A stretch of DNA of 64,000 nt from an uncultured Bacteroidaceae bacterium (GTDB lineage: Bacteria > CAIWAD01): contig CAZMSD010000011.1 of the NCBI GenBank assembly GCA_964568855.1, positions 13,512 through 77,511 on the forward strand, read 5' to 3'. The position numbers and the translations under genes are program-made. Below are positions 10,133 through 17,892 of the stretch, in pieces. Numbering within the stretch: position 1 is the first letter of the stretch; every line of letters starts with the position of its first letter. The notes under the pieces are model-generated. The model was not told the origin of the DNA and did no database searches. It worked only from the letters and a program-made list of their open reading frames with translations.

Positions 10133-10311
10133 TCGCTTTTCAACAGAATCGCCGCCGGGAAGACCAGAAGGTAGGCGATCCCGAGCACGATGGGCGACAG
10201 GGTCAAGGACAGGAAACCGTCGTAAGGCCCGATCGCGGAAAGAACAAAGCCGCACAGCATCAGCAGGCAACCCAGTCCGAACAGAAGGTAATTGCGCTTC
10301 GTGAAGGACAT
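10123..10311 (-). CDS. small two-TM membrane protein, DUF3098-like
   Basis: MSFTKRNYLLFGLG...LSLTLSPIVLGIAY pattern recalled from DUF3098; stop codon lies inside tRNA-Val. Confidence 0.72.
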   Translation of the reverse strand: MSFTKRNYLLFGLGCLLMLCGFVLSAIGPYDGFLSLTLSPIVLGIAYLLVFPAAILLKSEGD

Positions 10312-10392
10312 TCCGCTCACCACCGGTTGCACTGCAAAAACTGACGAACAAGAAGAGTAGCTTCTCGCCCGGAAAGAGTCAAGGAACCACCC

Positions 10393-12273
10393 TCAGCGCA
10401 GCGCCGTCACGCGGTACATCCGGTTCCCATCGGGCAGCGGAGCCGTCCAGCTCGAGCCGTCGAATTCGCCGCTGAGATCCAGAATGAACTGGCCCTGTGG
10501 CATTCCAGTGGAATAGACCCGGTAGCTGCTCGCTCCCGCAGCGGCTTCCCAGTTCAGGACGACCTCGTCCGCGCTTACAGCGATGACGAGTCCCTGCGGC
10601 GCCAGGGGCGGACTGTCTGGATCCTCGCGAACGAACACCGGCCGCGCACTCAGGGCGACCCGGTCGGCGGATACCTGTTCGTCGGACGGGAGCACCGCCT
10701 GTCCCATGTCGTCCACCTCGGTCACGATGTGAGACACGATCACGCCTTCGGCGGGAATCCAGGCTCGTAAGTCCAGGGTGTCCGCTCCGCCGTCCGCCCA
10801 GGCGACAAAGGTCTGCTCCTCCCCGAAATCGAAGCTCAGCAGCCATGTTTCGTCCCACAACACGCCCAGCGTATCGATCAGCTCCGGAGCGCCCGGCAGG
10901 AGCGCCCGGGCCGAGTCGAAACCTCCGAGTATTCCGTCGAAGCGCGCCAGGGTATGTATCACCGGGCGAAGCGTTCCTTCATCCGCTTCCTCGTCCGGAA
11001 CGCCGTCGTCGAGCAGACCGCAGGCCCCCCAGCCCGAGTAGGGGATGCAGGGTTCTTCCAGTTCCAGGATCCACTGGCTGTAGAGCCCTTCCACGTCGAA
11101 AGCCGCGGTGAGAACCGTCTTCTTGAAGGCGTAACAGGCCTTGTCGGCCTCCCACCAGTCCTTGAGCAGGTGGTAGTCTTCTGACGTTACACCGCTGAGT
11201 TCGCCGCGCTGCAGGATGTCCACCATGATGCCCTGCGCCCACGTTGGACCCTGGTAGTCGGGGTGGCTCTCGATGATGGCGGCGATTTCCGCCGGCAGAC
11301 CGTCGATCTGGTAATGTGGATTGGTCGGAACCTCGGGCACCGACTGCTGATTGAGTGGAAAACTGGTCATCGCGTCCACGAGCAGGATCGGGCGGTCGTA
11401 GCCCAGTGAGTCCTGCATCAGCCAGCGCAGCCAGCGCACCCGCGAGGGGATGCCCGTGTAATCGTGGTTGAGCTGGGTGGGGGCGATCTCGAAATTCTGC
11501 GGATCGGTCAGCATGGAGTAGATGAATTCCATCTTTTCCTGGCCCGGAGCGGCAAGGAACGCCCGCATCTGCTCCAGGCTGAGATTGGCGTCGAACAGGT
11601 TGCCGAGATTGAACGAGGAGTAGAGCACCTGGACCTCGTCGCAGGCGGAATGCATACTGTCGTGGGCAATGTGCAGCAGGTCCACGTACTCCGAGTCCTC
11701 CCCCAGCCAGCGCCACTCCGATTCGCCCTGGATCTGAAACAGCAGGTGCGCGTGATCCAGGTCGTCGGTGGTGTCCTGCGGCGTCTCCCAGCCCATGTCG
11801 CCGATGCCGTCGTGATCGTAGCGCTCCACCAGCTCCCGGCAGAAGACGCCCCAGTAATCCCAGTAGCGGGACGAATCGCCGTCGGGGCCGGTCTTAGGCG
11901 GCCAGAGGTGGCCGGTGGTGGTGTCGTGGCCTGTGGCCCAGGGGGCGCGGCACCAGATCTTGAACAGCGCACTTCCTCCTACCGCCTCGATCTCCCGCAC
12001 GTGCGCGTCGGGGTATCTCCAGTCGTAGAAAGCCGGCCCCAGCGCCGCGGTGTCCTCACTCAACACCACCGTACCCCAGTTGAGGAACTCGATGCCGTAT
12101 TCGGTGACGCCCGCCTCTTCGCACTTGTCCAGGTGCGCAAAATCCACCATTGGATTGGACATGTGCCCGTCCACCCCCCAGAAGGAATTCTCGCCGCGGC
12201 TTAACGGGACGGCGCACAGCAGAAGGAAGGCAAGACCGGTAAGGAGTCTCGAATCGGGGGGAATGGAGCGCAT
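10393..12273 (-). CDS. secreted clan GH-A-like TIM-barrel glycoside hydrolase (GH5/GH39-like) with C-terminal Fn3-like domain
   Basis: Signal peptide; W...YDWRYPDAHV, FCRELVERYD.DG, FQIQGE pattern; C-terminal VVLNWEAAAGASSYRVYS domain. Confidence 0.62.
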   Translation of the reverse strand: MRSIPPDSRLLTGLAFLLLCAVPLSRGENSFWGVDGHMSNPMVDFAHLDKCEEAGVTEYGIEFLNWGTVVLSEDTAALGPAFYDWRYPDAHVREIEAVGGSALFKIWCRAPWATGHDTTTGHLWPPKTGPDGDSSRYWDYWGVFCRELVERYDHDGIGDMGWETPQDTTDDLDHAHLLFQIQGESEWRWLGEDSEYVDLLHIAHDSMHSACDEVQVLYSSFNLGNLFDANLSLEQMRAFLAAPGQEKMEFIYSMLTDPQNFEIAPTQLNHDYTGIPSRVRWLRWLMQDSLGYDRPILLVDAMTSFPLNQQSVPEVPTNPHYQIDGLPAEIAAIIESHPDYQGPTWAQGIMVDILQRGELSGVTSEDYHLLKDWWEADKACYAFKKTVLTAAFDVEGLYSQWILELEEPCIPYSGWGACGLLDDGVPDEEADEGTLRPVIHTLARFDGILGGFDSARALLPGAPELIDTLGVLWDETWLLSFDFGEEQTFVAWADGGADTLDLRAWIPAEGVIVSHIVTEVDDMGQAVLPSDEQVSADRVALSARPVFVREDPDSPPLAPQGLVIAVSADEVVLNWEAAAGASSYRVYSTGMPQGQFILDLSGEFDGSSWTAPLPDGNRMYRVTALR

Positions 12274-12321
12274 GATGCCTCCGCGTGAGCTGCATGCTTG
12301 GTGATTTGCGGGAAAGTAAAG

Positions 12322-12373
12322 CTCTCGGCGCTTTGAATGTAGAGGAAACGGGCGGGCGGGGAGATTAGTGCGG
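12322..12373 (+). repeat. 52-bp direct repeat, copy 1
   Basis: CTCTCGGCGCTTTGAATGTAGAGGAAACGGGCGGGCGGGGAGATTAGTGCGG; one mismatch to 13956-14007. Confidence 0.95.
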
Positions 12374-12549
12374 AAAGCGATTCCCCCTCTCCTCGACTCT
12401 CAGTGCGATAAGCGCTCTCATCGATTCTCAAGACATTATAGGAACTACGGATTTCACCGCCTCATACTCCACCCTCGTTTGGGAGGCGATCCGATGCTAC
12501 TTTTCCGCCCCGTAATCCTCATTGGCTATACTCCCGCGAGGCTGGTATT

Positions 12550-13920
12550 ATGTATCACAGCCGAGTCTTTCAAACACTGGCGCTTTCTCTTTTTCCCGTT
12601 GCTTGCGCTGCCGGCCTTCTTCAGGTCCCCGAACACTACGAATTGATCCAACAGGCCATTGATGCGGCTGTTCAAAGTGATACCGTGCTGGTCGCTCCCG
12701 GCACCTACGATGAGCAGCTCCAGATAAGCGGAGACGCGATAACGCTGGCTTCACACTTCTTGCTCACACAGGACTCGATCTATCAGTCCGGCACGATCAT
12801 CGATGCAGGAGGGGCGCCGGCCGCAATCTACCTGGCGCCTTCCGCTTCTGCCGGAACCCTGATAACGGGCTTCACGGTCCGTAACGGAGACGACGGAATA
12901 CAACCGCATGCAAGTCTGGATATCAGCCACAATCGCATCCTGGACTGTACGGATGGGATAGACTATGAATCAGGCAGCGGCGGGAACTGCAGCTACAACC
13001 TCATTCAAGGCAACCTGGATGACGCGATAGATCTTGACGGTGCAGTCGACGTCGTGATTGAGAATAACCTGCTGATCGGCAACCAGGACGATGGAATTGA
13101 AATCCGTCTGCACGACTACTCGGGACCGCTGCTGAACGTTGTCATCCAGAGCAACATCATCGAGGGCAATGGTGAGGACGGAATTCAGCTCATCAACTAT
13201 TCAACCCTGACCGATCGAACATTCATAATACTGAATAATCTGATCCACAACAACGCAATGGCGGGTATTGGTTGCATGGGAGATGGAGAAACTATCGAGA
13301 ATTACGAGGGCGAGGCTGTTCCTGAACCCGTTCTTCTGGCCAACAACACCATTTCCGGTCACAATCACGGTATCTCAGGCGGCGGGAATTTCAGGTTCAT
13401 CAACAACATTGTGATTGACTGTGATTCGATTGCGGCGAAAAACTGCACCGGAGATTCGGAGATCTCCTTCTGTGACTTCTTCAACAATGGTCTTGATTTC
13501 GCGAACTGCAATGTGGATTCACAGACAGTGATCCTGTTGGATCCGCTGTTAGCTTCCGAGGGCGATTTCCACCTCCAGGCGACAAGCCCGTGCATCGAAG
13601 CGGGAACCAGCCAAGGAAGTCCGGAAAATGACATCGAAGGTAATCCCAGGGGCGACCCCCCTGATATCGGGGCTTACGAGTACGTTGAAGCAGGCGCCTT
13701 GCCCCCTCCCCAGGTAAGTATCGGCATGGCGGCCGAGGGAGTTCTCTTGAGCTGGTTGGAAGTCCAGGGGGCTGAATCCTACATAGTCTATCGTTCCACC
13801 AGTCCCTACCAATTCGATTGGGGAACTCCTTTCGCGATCATCGCGGAAAGCGAATATCTTGACACTGATTCGTGGAGCGGAGAGCGGTATTTCTATGTGG
13901 TGACAGCGGCGGAAGAATAG
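12550..13920 (+). CDS. secreted right-handed parallel beta-helix (pectin lyase-fold) protein with C-terminal Fn3-like domain
   Basis: Signal peptide; IQQAIDAA..DTVLVAPGTY, repeated NLIxGNxxDGI beta-helix units, DFHLQATSPCIEAG...DIGAYE motif; visibly more AT-rich than flanks. Confidence 0.85.
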   Translation: MYHSRVFQTLALSLFPVACAAGLLQVPEHYELIQQAIDAAVQSDTVLVAPGTYDEQLQISGDAITLASHFLLTQDSIYQSGTIIDAGGAPAAIYLAPSASAGTLITGFTVRNGDDGIQPHASLDISHNRILDCTDGIDYESGSGGNCSYNLIQGNLDDAIDLDGAVDVVIENNLLIGNQDDGIEIRLHDYSGPLLNVVIQSNIIEGNGEDGIQLINYSTLTDRTFIILNNLIHNNAMAGIGCMGDGETIENYEGEAVPEPVLLANNTISGHNHGISGGGNFRFINNIVIDCDSIAAKNCTGDSEISFCDFFNNGLDFANCNVDSQTVILLDPLLASEGDFHLQATSPCIEAGTSQGSPENDIEGNPRGDPPDIGAYEYVEAGALPPPQVSIGMAAEGVLLSWLEVQGAESYIVYRSTSPYQFDWGTPFAIIAESEYLDTDSWSGERYFYVVTAAEE

Positions 13921-13955
13921 GGAGCTGCCGGCTTTCTTCCCGGAGAGCATTTGAA

Positions 13956-14007
13956 CTCTCGGCGCTTTGAATGTAGAGGAAACGGGCGAGCGGGGAGATT
14001 AGTGCGG
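13956..14007 (+). repeat. 52-bp direct repeat, copy 2
   Basis: CTCTCGGCGCTTTGAATGTAGAGGAAACGGGCGAGCGGGGAGATTAGTGCGG. Confidence 0.95.
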
Positions 14008-14025
14008 GGCAGAGTCGGCTATGGT

Positions 14026-14802
14026 CTACTCCTCAAAATCGAACAAACCCCAAGCCCTGCCCAAGTCCTTCGCCGAGGGCGTCAGCACCATGCCCTTGCT
14101 CACCTTGATGCGCAGGTTCTGGGCCCTGGCCCTGCGCACGGCATCCTCGGAAACCAGGCGGCCCACGGGCAGGTAGCGCTCCTCGGGAGGTCGGCCGTCA
14201 CCGGCGGTCAGCACCCGCGCGCGGCCCCCCGGCAGCGCCCGCAGCGCGTCGGCCTCGTCCTCGTCGAGATGCAATTCCAGGTCGTATTCGTCGCTGACGC
14301 AGACGTCCACCTCGGCCAGGATGCCGTCCCGCACGGCCTCGCGCAGCTCCAGGCGGCGATCGCTGCGTACAAGGCAGGCCACGCGGTCCTGGTGCAGCAG
14401 GCCCAGGCGGCGCGCGTTTTCAGGGCTCAGGTGCAGGGTGCGCAGGGGGCAGATGACGCCGGCTTCGAGCTCAAGGTGTCCCCGGGGGCCGATCAGGGTC
14501 AGGCCCGGCGATCCCTCAAAATCGCCGATGGCCCGCACCGGAGGATCCAAACCCAGCGCCCGGGCCTTACTGCGCGGGCAGACCAGTCCGCTGAAGCCCC
14601 CCAGCGGTCCCACCACGGGGACATCGTCCAGGCGCTCCAGGGCGGTGGCCGCGCTGAGGCTCTGACGGGCCAGGAAGCCGCCCTGCAGGCCCAGTGCCTC
14701 CTCGAATTCCAGGTGGCGGCCTTCCCCGAACAGCAGCACGAAGTGCGGCCGGGTCAGGTAGACCCGGGGCCCGATCACGCGTATGCGGGGCTCGATCGCC
14801 AT
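14026..14802 (-). CDS. PduL-like phosphotransacylase homolog with degenerate metal site and extra C-terminal domain
   Basis: LFGEG, LGLDPPVRAIGDFEGSPGLTLIGPRGHLELEAGVI, LHLSPENA, LELHLDEDEADA align to PduL; HxH motifs altered. Confidence 0.8.
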   Translation of the reverse strand: MAIEPRIRVIGPRVYLTRPHFVLLFGEGRHLEFEEALGLQGGFLARQSLSAATALERLDDVPVVGPLGGFSGLVCPRSKARALGLDPPVRAIGDFEGSPGLTLIGPRGHLELEAGVICPLRTLHLSPENARRLGLLHQDRVACLVRSDRRLELREAVRDGILAEVDVCVSDEYDLELHLDEDEADALRALPGGRARVLTAGDGRPPEERYLPVGRLVSEDAVRRARAQNLRIKVSKGMVLTPSAKDLGRAWGLFDFEE

Positions 14803-14810
14803 TGCAGAGC

Positions 14811-16340
14811 TCAGGTCCTGAACTCTTTGACGATGCGCTCGATGTCGTCTTCGCTGAGACCGCTCTTGCCGTAGCTGCGTGCGCGTCCTTCCTGTGGCGC
14901 TTCATCCCCCGCGCCCGCCGGTTGATCCTCCGCCCGGTAGCGGTACTGCTCGTCGTATCGCCAGCGCTCCTTGGCGGAATCGTCGCCGGCGTGCAGCGGG
15001 TTCACTTCGTAGGCCACCCTGCGGATGTTGACCAGGTGCATCGGTCCCACGTTGTCGGTGGTGATACTGCCGCCCCAGGTACCGGGTCCCAAGGTCAGCG
15101 AGGGCGCCAGGCCGGTGGTGTAGCCGATGGCGCCGTGGGTGGCGGAGCTGTTGACGATGATGCGGAAGGCCGGCTTGTCTAGGCCGAACTCGAGCACCAT
15201 CTCCGGATCCTGGGAATGGATGGCGAAGGTGTGGCCGATGCCGCCGTAGTTGAGAATCTCGATCGACAGCAGGCAGCCCTGCTTCCAGCCGTCCACCACG
15301 TAGAAGCCGAGCACGGGGCTGAGCTTTTCGCAGGAAAGGGGATCATCACGGCCCACCTTGTCCAGCATGACCATGATGACCCTTACGCCGGGCTTGACCT
15401 TGAATCCCGCCAGGTCGGCGATGTGCTGGGGCGAGCGCCCTACGATCTCCGGGTTGATCTGGCCCCGCTTGTCCACCATCACCGCCTGCAACTGGGCTTT
15501 CTCTTCCGCGGAAGCGAAATAGCATCCGTTGCGGCGCAGTTCCTCCATCAGTTTGCCGGCGATGGGACGGTCCGCCACCACGCTCTGCTCGGAAGCGCAG
15601 ACCGTGCCCCAGTCGAAGCTCTTGCCGGCCGTTATGTCGCTGGCCGCCTTGGGCACGTCCGCCGAACGGTCCACGTAGGCGGGCACGTTGCCGGGGCCCA
15701 CGCCGTAGGCGGGCTTGCCGGCGGAGTAGGCCGCCCGCACCATGGCGCTGCCGCCGGTGGCGAGGATCACCGAGGTTTCCTTGTGCCGCATCAGCTCCTG
15801 CGTACCCTCGAGACTGGGCAGGCTCATGCACTGCACCAGATGCCGCGGGGCGCCCACCGAGCATGCCGCGTCGTGCAGCAGCCGCGTGGTTTCGATGATG
15901 CAGGTCTTCGCGCTGGGATGGGGACTCATGATCACCGCGTTACGCGACTTGAGCGAGATGATGGCCTTGAAAATGGCCGTCGATGTGGGATTGGTGCAGG
16001 GAATCAGCGCCGCCACGATGCCCATGGGCACGGCGATTTCCAGCACGCGGCGCTCCTCGTCGTGGTGAATCACGCCGCAGGTCTTCTGCCCCTTGATGTG
16101 GTCCACCAGGTTCTTCGAGGCGAAGACGTTCTTCGTCGTCTTGTCCTCGACGCGGCCGAAGCCGGTCTCCTCGTGAGCCATGCGGGCCAGCCGCTTGGCG
16201 TTGTTCAGGGCCGCCGAAGCCATGGCCTGGACGACGCGGTCCGTCTGGTCCTGTGTGAATTCCTTGAACTGGTCCGCGGCGCCGCGAGCCCGGTCGAGCA
16301 TGTCGCGGACTTCCTGGATCGAAGCCAGATCCCTGTCCAT
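14811..16340 (-). CDS. CoA-acylating aldehyde dehydrogenase (EutE/PduP-like) with C-terminal encapsulation-peptide-like helix
   Basis: PCTNPTST, LATGGSAMV, GVGPGNVP, catalytic CASEQ, EKLSPVL; terminal LSEDDIERIVKEFRT. Confidence 0.92.
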   Translation of the reverse strand: MDRDLASIQEVRDMLDRARGAADQFKEFTQDQTDRVVQAMASAALNNAKRLARMAHEETGFGRVEDKTTKNVFASKNLVDHIKGQKTCGVIHHDEERRVLEIAVPMGIVAALIPCTNPTSTAIFKAIISLKSRNAVIMSPHPSAKTCIIETTRLLHDAACSVGAPRHLVQCMSLPSLEGTQELMRHKETSVILATGGSAMVRAAYSAGKPAYGVGPGNVPAYVDRSADVPKAASDITAGKSFDWGTVCASEQSVVADRPIAGKLMEELRRNGCYFASAEEKAQLQAVMVDKRGQINPEIVGRSPQHIADLAGFKVKPGVRVIMVMLDKVGRDDPLSCEKLSPVLGFYVVDGWKQGCLLSIEILNYGGIGHTFAIHSQDPEMVLEFGLDKPAFRIIVNSSATHGAIGYTTGLAPSLTLGPGTWGGSITTDNVGPMHLVNIRRVAYEVNPLHAGDDSAKERWRYDEQYRYRAEDQPAGAGDEAPQEGRARSYGKSGLSEDDIERIVKEFRT

Positions 16341-16501
16341 GGAGGCCTCACGCGTTGGTGCAGGATGGTATCTTTTGAAAGTAAGAGTTGCGGGAGTGAG
16401 TCGCGAGGAAGCTCAAGCGGCGTGAGACACGGCCGGCCGCTGGCCCGGTCCCGCTCGATGGATTGGGATTGGCGGAAGGCCGCACTACCAGGGAACCAGC
16501 C

Positions 16502-17248
16502 ATGGAGCCAGAACGACCCATCGCCCTGATCACGGGCGGCGCCCGGCGGGTGGGCGCGGCCGTCATGGAGCACCTCGCCGCCAAGGGCTGGGACCTGGTG
16601 CTGCACTACAATCGCTCGATCCGGGAGGCGGAAGAGCTGGCCTTCGAGTTCGAGGAAACCAACGATTGTCACGTGTACCTGGAACGCGCGGACCTCGTCG
16701 ACCCGCTTCAGCGGCGGGAGCTCTGCGCCCGGATCAGTGACCAGCTCGAAAGCGCCGGCCGGCCGCTGGACCTGCTGGTGAACAATGCCTCCATCTTTCC
16801 TCGCTGCCGCCTGGAGGAAATGGACGATCCACTGGTGGACCAGCTCTTCGCCGTGCATCTGAAGGCGCCGCTCTTCATCGCCCGCGACCTCGCACCCTGC
16901 CTGCGCGCGGCCCCGGATGGAGTGGTGATCAACATGCTCGACGCGGGCGCCGGCCGGTACTGGCCCGCATACCTGCCCTACTGCCTCTCCAAGCAGGCCC
17001 TTCGCGAGGCCACCCTGGGGCTGGCCAAGGTGCTGGCCCCCGGAATCCGTGTCTGCGGCATCGCTCCCGGCTTCGTGCTGCCCCCGGAGGAGGCTCCGGA
17101 AGTGTACATGCGAGCGCAAGGCCGTAAACTGCTCAAGCGCGACGGTAGCCCGGAGGACGTGCTGCGCGCCCTGGACTACATCGTGGAAGCCAGGTTCGTC
17201 ACCGGCGTGATCCTCGAAGCGGATGGTGGAAAAGGGCTGGCACGGTAA
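16502..17248 (+). CDS. SDR oxidoreductase, pteridine reductase/FolM-like
   Basis: TGGARRVG, LHYNRS, LVNNAS, YCLSK (YxxxK), GIAPG; start taken at MEPERP. Confidence 0.88.
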   Translation: MEPERPIALITGGARRVGAAVMEHLAAKGWDLVLHYNRSIREAEELAFEFEETNDCHVYLERADLVDPLQRRELCARISDQLESAGRPLDLLVNNASIFPRCRLEEMDDPLVDQLFAVHLKAPLFIARDLAPCLRAAPDGVVINMLDAGAGRYWPAYLPYCLSKQALREATLGLAKVLAPGIRVCGIAPGFVLPPEEAPEVYMRAQGRKLLKRDGSPEDVLRALDYIVEARFVTGVILEADGGKGLAR

Positions 17249-17321
17249 AATGCAGATCCGCCTGCCGCGCAGGGCGGGATTCCATCGCCGTCGAAAAAGA
17301 GCCGGCGATATTACTTGCTGC

Positions 17322-17350
17322 TTGCAATTATTGCCGGCGTGTGATATAAT
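17322..17350 (+). promoter_or_regulatory. sigma70-type promoter upstream of the FmdB-family gene
   Basis: TTGCAA-17 nt-TATAAT. Confidence 0.7.
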
Positions 17351-17443
17351 TGATCCGCCGCTGCGGAGGCCGATCTAGGCGGGTGGTCTTACAATGAGCC
17401 CCACGCAGCGCTTCCGGGTGATCATGAAGCGAGAGGTCTGAGC

Positions 17444-17650
17444 ATGCCGATCTATGCATACAAATGCCCCCAGTGCGGGAAGGAATTCGAGAAGCTCCTG
17501 CCCCTGAGCCGGCGGGATGAGCCGGTTCACTGCGAATTCTGCATGGAGAAGGAAGTCCGGCGCAGTGCGGCCAGCTTCGCCTCGGCCATCGGATCCTCGG
17601 GCGCTGTGTCGCAGGGCTCCTGCAATGGCGGAGGAGGCGGATTCACCTGA
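17444..17650 (+). CDS. FmdB family zinc-ribbon protein
   Basis: MPIYAYKCPQCGKEFE...CEFC; Ser/Gly-rich tail. Confidence 0.9.
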   Translation: MPIYAYKCPQCGKEFEKLLPLSRRDEPVHCEFCMEKEVRRSAASFASAIGSSGAVSQGSCNGGGGGFT

Positions 17651-17691
17651 GCCTGACCCGGCCGCGGTCGGCAGCCGTTTACTCGTTTCCA

Positions 17692-17865
17692 ACCACGAAG
17701 AACACGAAGGTCACGAAGAATAGAATTCGATGGACAGTTGAATAGCCTGGTGATTACATCACCGTAGTGGTCGATTGCAGATCAGCTTCAATGCCCCGCG
17801 ATTAGTGGGTGACGTCGAGAGTCTTATTCTCTGAAGTCCTTCGTGCTCTTCGTGTCCTTCGTGGT
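17692..17865. repeat. inverted triple-CACGAAG repeats flanking a GxxExxY-like relic
   Basis: ACCACGAAGAACACGAAGGTCACGAAGA (17692-17719) and CCTTCGTGCTCTTCGTGTCCTTCGTGGT (17838-17865). Confidence 0.85.
17720..17834 (+). pseudogene. internally deleted GxxExxY-family gene remnant
   Basis: IEFDGQLNSLVI resembles the family N-terminus; GRLQISFNAPRLVGDVESLIL* resembles the C-terminus GLLINFNVPRLKDGIKRLIL*; stop and frameshift between them. Confidence 0.6.
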
Positions 17866-17892
17866 GCGGTGCCGGTACGGGCGCCGGGGAAT

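Noticed and set aside
17351-17443. Possible riboswitch in the FmdB-gene leader (GCTGCG/CGCAGC stem) and inverted repeat 17301-17338 around the -35
   Set aside because: No recognisable riboswitch consensus; short GC-rich stems are expected by chance
17692-17865. CACGAAG repeats as a CRISPR array
   Set aside because: 9-bp period, inverted arrangement, no spacers, no cas genes
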